64,000 nucleotides of DNA, from assembly GCA_963836075.1 (NCBI GenBank), contig CAWIIB010000009.1:3136001-3200000 (forward strand), in the 5' to 3' direction. The notes under the pieces were generated by a model. The model made no database searches. It was not told the origin of the DNA and saw nothing but the letters and a program-made list of their open reading frames with translations. The position numbers and the translations under genes were made by a program. Numbering within the stretch: the first letter of the stretch is position 1; each line of letters begins with the position of its first letter. Positions 63,037 through 64,000 of this stretch are shown here, piece by piece. The stretch is from an uncultured Acidobacteriota bacterium (GTDB lineage: Bacteria > Acidobacteriota > JAQAZP01).

Positions 63037-63783
63037 GTGGAATACCAGCGGGCAGCCGAGGCTATCAGGACGGCGAAACGAGCGGTGGGGTTCACCGGGG
63101 CGGGCATCTCGGTGGAGAGCGGTATCCCGCCTTTCCGCGGTGCAGGTGGGCTCTGGAACCGCTACGACCCGGCCCTGCTGCAGCTGGATCATTTCCTCTC
63201 CAGCCCCGACACGTCCTGGAAGGTGATCCGCGAGATCTTTTACGACTTTTTCGGTTCCGCCGTGCCCAACGCGGCGCACCGCGGCCTGGCCCAGCTGGAG
63301 CGGCTGGGACTGCTCCAGGGAGTGATCACCCAGAACATCGACAACCTGCACCAGGATGCGGGCAGCCGGACCGTGCACGAGTTCCACGGCACCGCCGGCC
63401 GGATGGTCTGCCTGGCCTGCCGCGTGAAACGGCCCTCGGGCGAGGTGGACCTGCAGCGGCTGCCGCCCACCTGTCCCGACTGCGGGGGCCTGCTCAAACC
63501 CGACTTCATCTTCTTTGGCGAAGGGATCCCGGAGGAGGTGAGCGCGGCGGCGTTTCACGAGACCGAGCTGTCCGACCTCTTTATCCTGGTGGGCACCACC
63601 GGCGGGGTGATGCCGGCCTGCCTGATCCCCAGCCTGGCCAAGCAGAACGGGGCAACGATCATTGAGATCAATGTGCAGCCCTCGAACTACATTACGCGCG
63701 GTGTCACCGACATCTTTCTCCAGGACAAGGCCACCGCGGCGATGAACAAGCTGTTTGAGGCGCTTGATCTGCCTCCCCCGTAA
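63037..63783 (+). CDS. cobB: NAD-dependent protein deacylase (sirtuin)
   Basis: TGAGISVESGIPPFRG, ITQNIDNLH, FHG, CxxC..CxxC, KPDFIFFGE. Confidence 0.93.
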   Translation: MEYQRAAEAIRTAKRAVGFTGAGISVESGIPPFRGAGGLWNRYDPALLQLDHFLSSPDTSWKVIREIFYDFFGSAVPNAAHRGLAQLERLGLLQGVITQNIDNLHQDAGSRTVHEFHGTAGRMVCLACRVKRPSGEVDLQRLPPTCPDCGGLLKPDFIFFGEGIPEEVSAAAFHETELSDLFILVGTTGGVMPACLIPSLAKQNGATIIEINVQPSNYITRGVTDIFLQDKATAAMNKLFEALDLPPP

Positions 63784-63786
63784 GCG

Positions 63787-63999
63787 TCAGTCGTCCCGCG
63801 GGGAGACGTCCCGCTGGCCGTTGCCGTAGATGCCGGTCGCGGCGGTGATCCGTCCCTCCCCGTCACGCTCGATCTGCAGCACGAACTCGTCCACCCCCTC
63901 GAAGACAAACTGGTCGTCGCCCAGGGCGATCAGCTCCCGCTGCGGCATCTCGCCCCGCTTGTAGAGCAGTGTACCGCCTTCGACGAAGATCTTCCGGTC
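63787..63999 (-). CDS. C-terminal fragment of a protein running off the window (resembles tails of S41-type peptidases)
   Basis: Open frame DRKIFVEGGTLLYKRGEMPQRELIALGDDQFVFEGVDEFVLQIERDGEGRITAATGIYGNGQRDVSPRDD-stop. Confidence 0.5.
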   Translation of the reverse strand, partial: DRKIFVEGGTLLYKRGEMPQRELIALGDDQFVFEGVDEFVLQIERDGEGRITAATGIYGNGQRDVSPRDD

Positions 64000-64000
64000 G

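Noticed and set aside
1-64000. Genome-wide TGA reassignment (code 4 or 25) as the explanation for in-frame TGAs
   Set aside because: Many intact genes end at TGA at the expected position (chrA, cphB, iadA, pgi), and three of the four read-through TGAs align to catalytic Cys rather than Trp/Gly.

Overview
High-GC bacterial chromosome segment; the taxon cannot be fixed from sequence alone. Scattered single-base frameshifts suggest an imperfect long-read consensus. Housekeeping genes are purA, tRNA-Lys, tRNA-Glu, a double-length uvrA, pgi and cobB. Four features stand out. (1) A ~27 kb array (2.1-29.4 kb) of 11 secreted modular proteins (beta-helix, FG-GAP or Omp28/thioredoxin-like passengers), each ending in one of two interchangeable C-terminal modules. 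In the 8 beta-helix members the module is swapped at a conserved hinge. (2) Four genes that the ORF track splits at an in-frame TGA, each followed by a hairpin whose loop starts GG, consistent with bacterial SECIS elements: a PrxU-type peroxiredoxin, a UGPC thioredoxin-TPR lipoprotein, a secreted UGYC Omp28-like protein, and a secreted beta-helix protein with an unfamiliar C-D-Y-G-U motif. (3) A cyanophycin operon: cphB, a cphA2-like gene, iadA, and a truncated, ligase-degenerate cphA1-like gene. (4) Dispersed GT-C glycosyltransferases (PMT/ArnT-, TMTC- and TMEM260/DUF2723-like), a polyprenol-phosphate-mannose synthase, and non-canonical sulfatase-fold lipoproteins.
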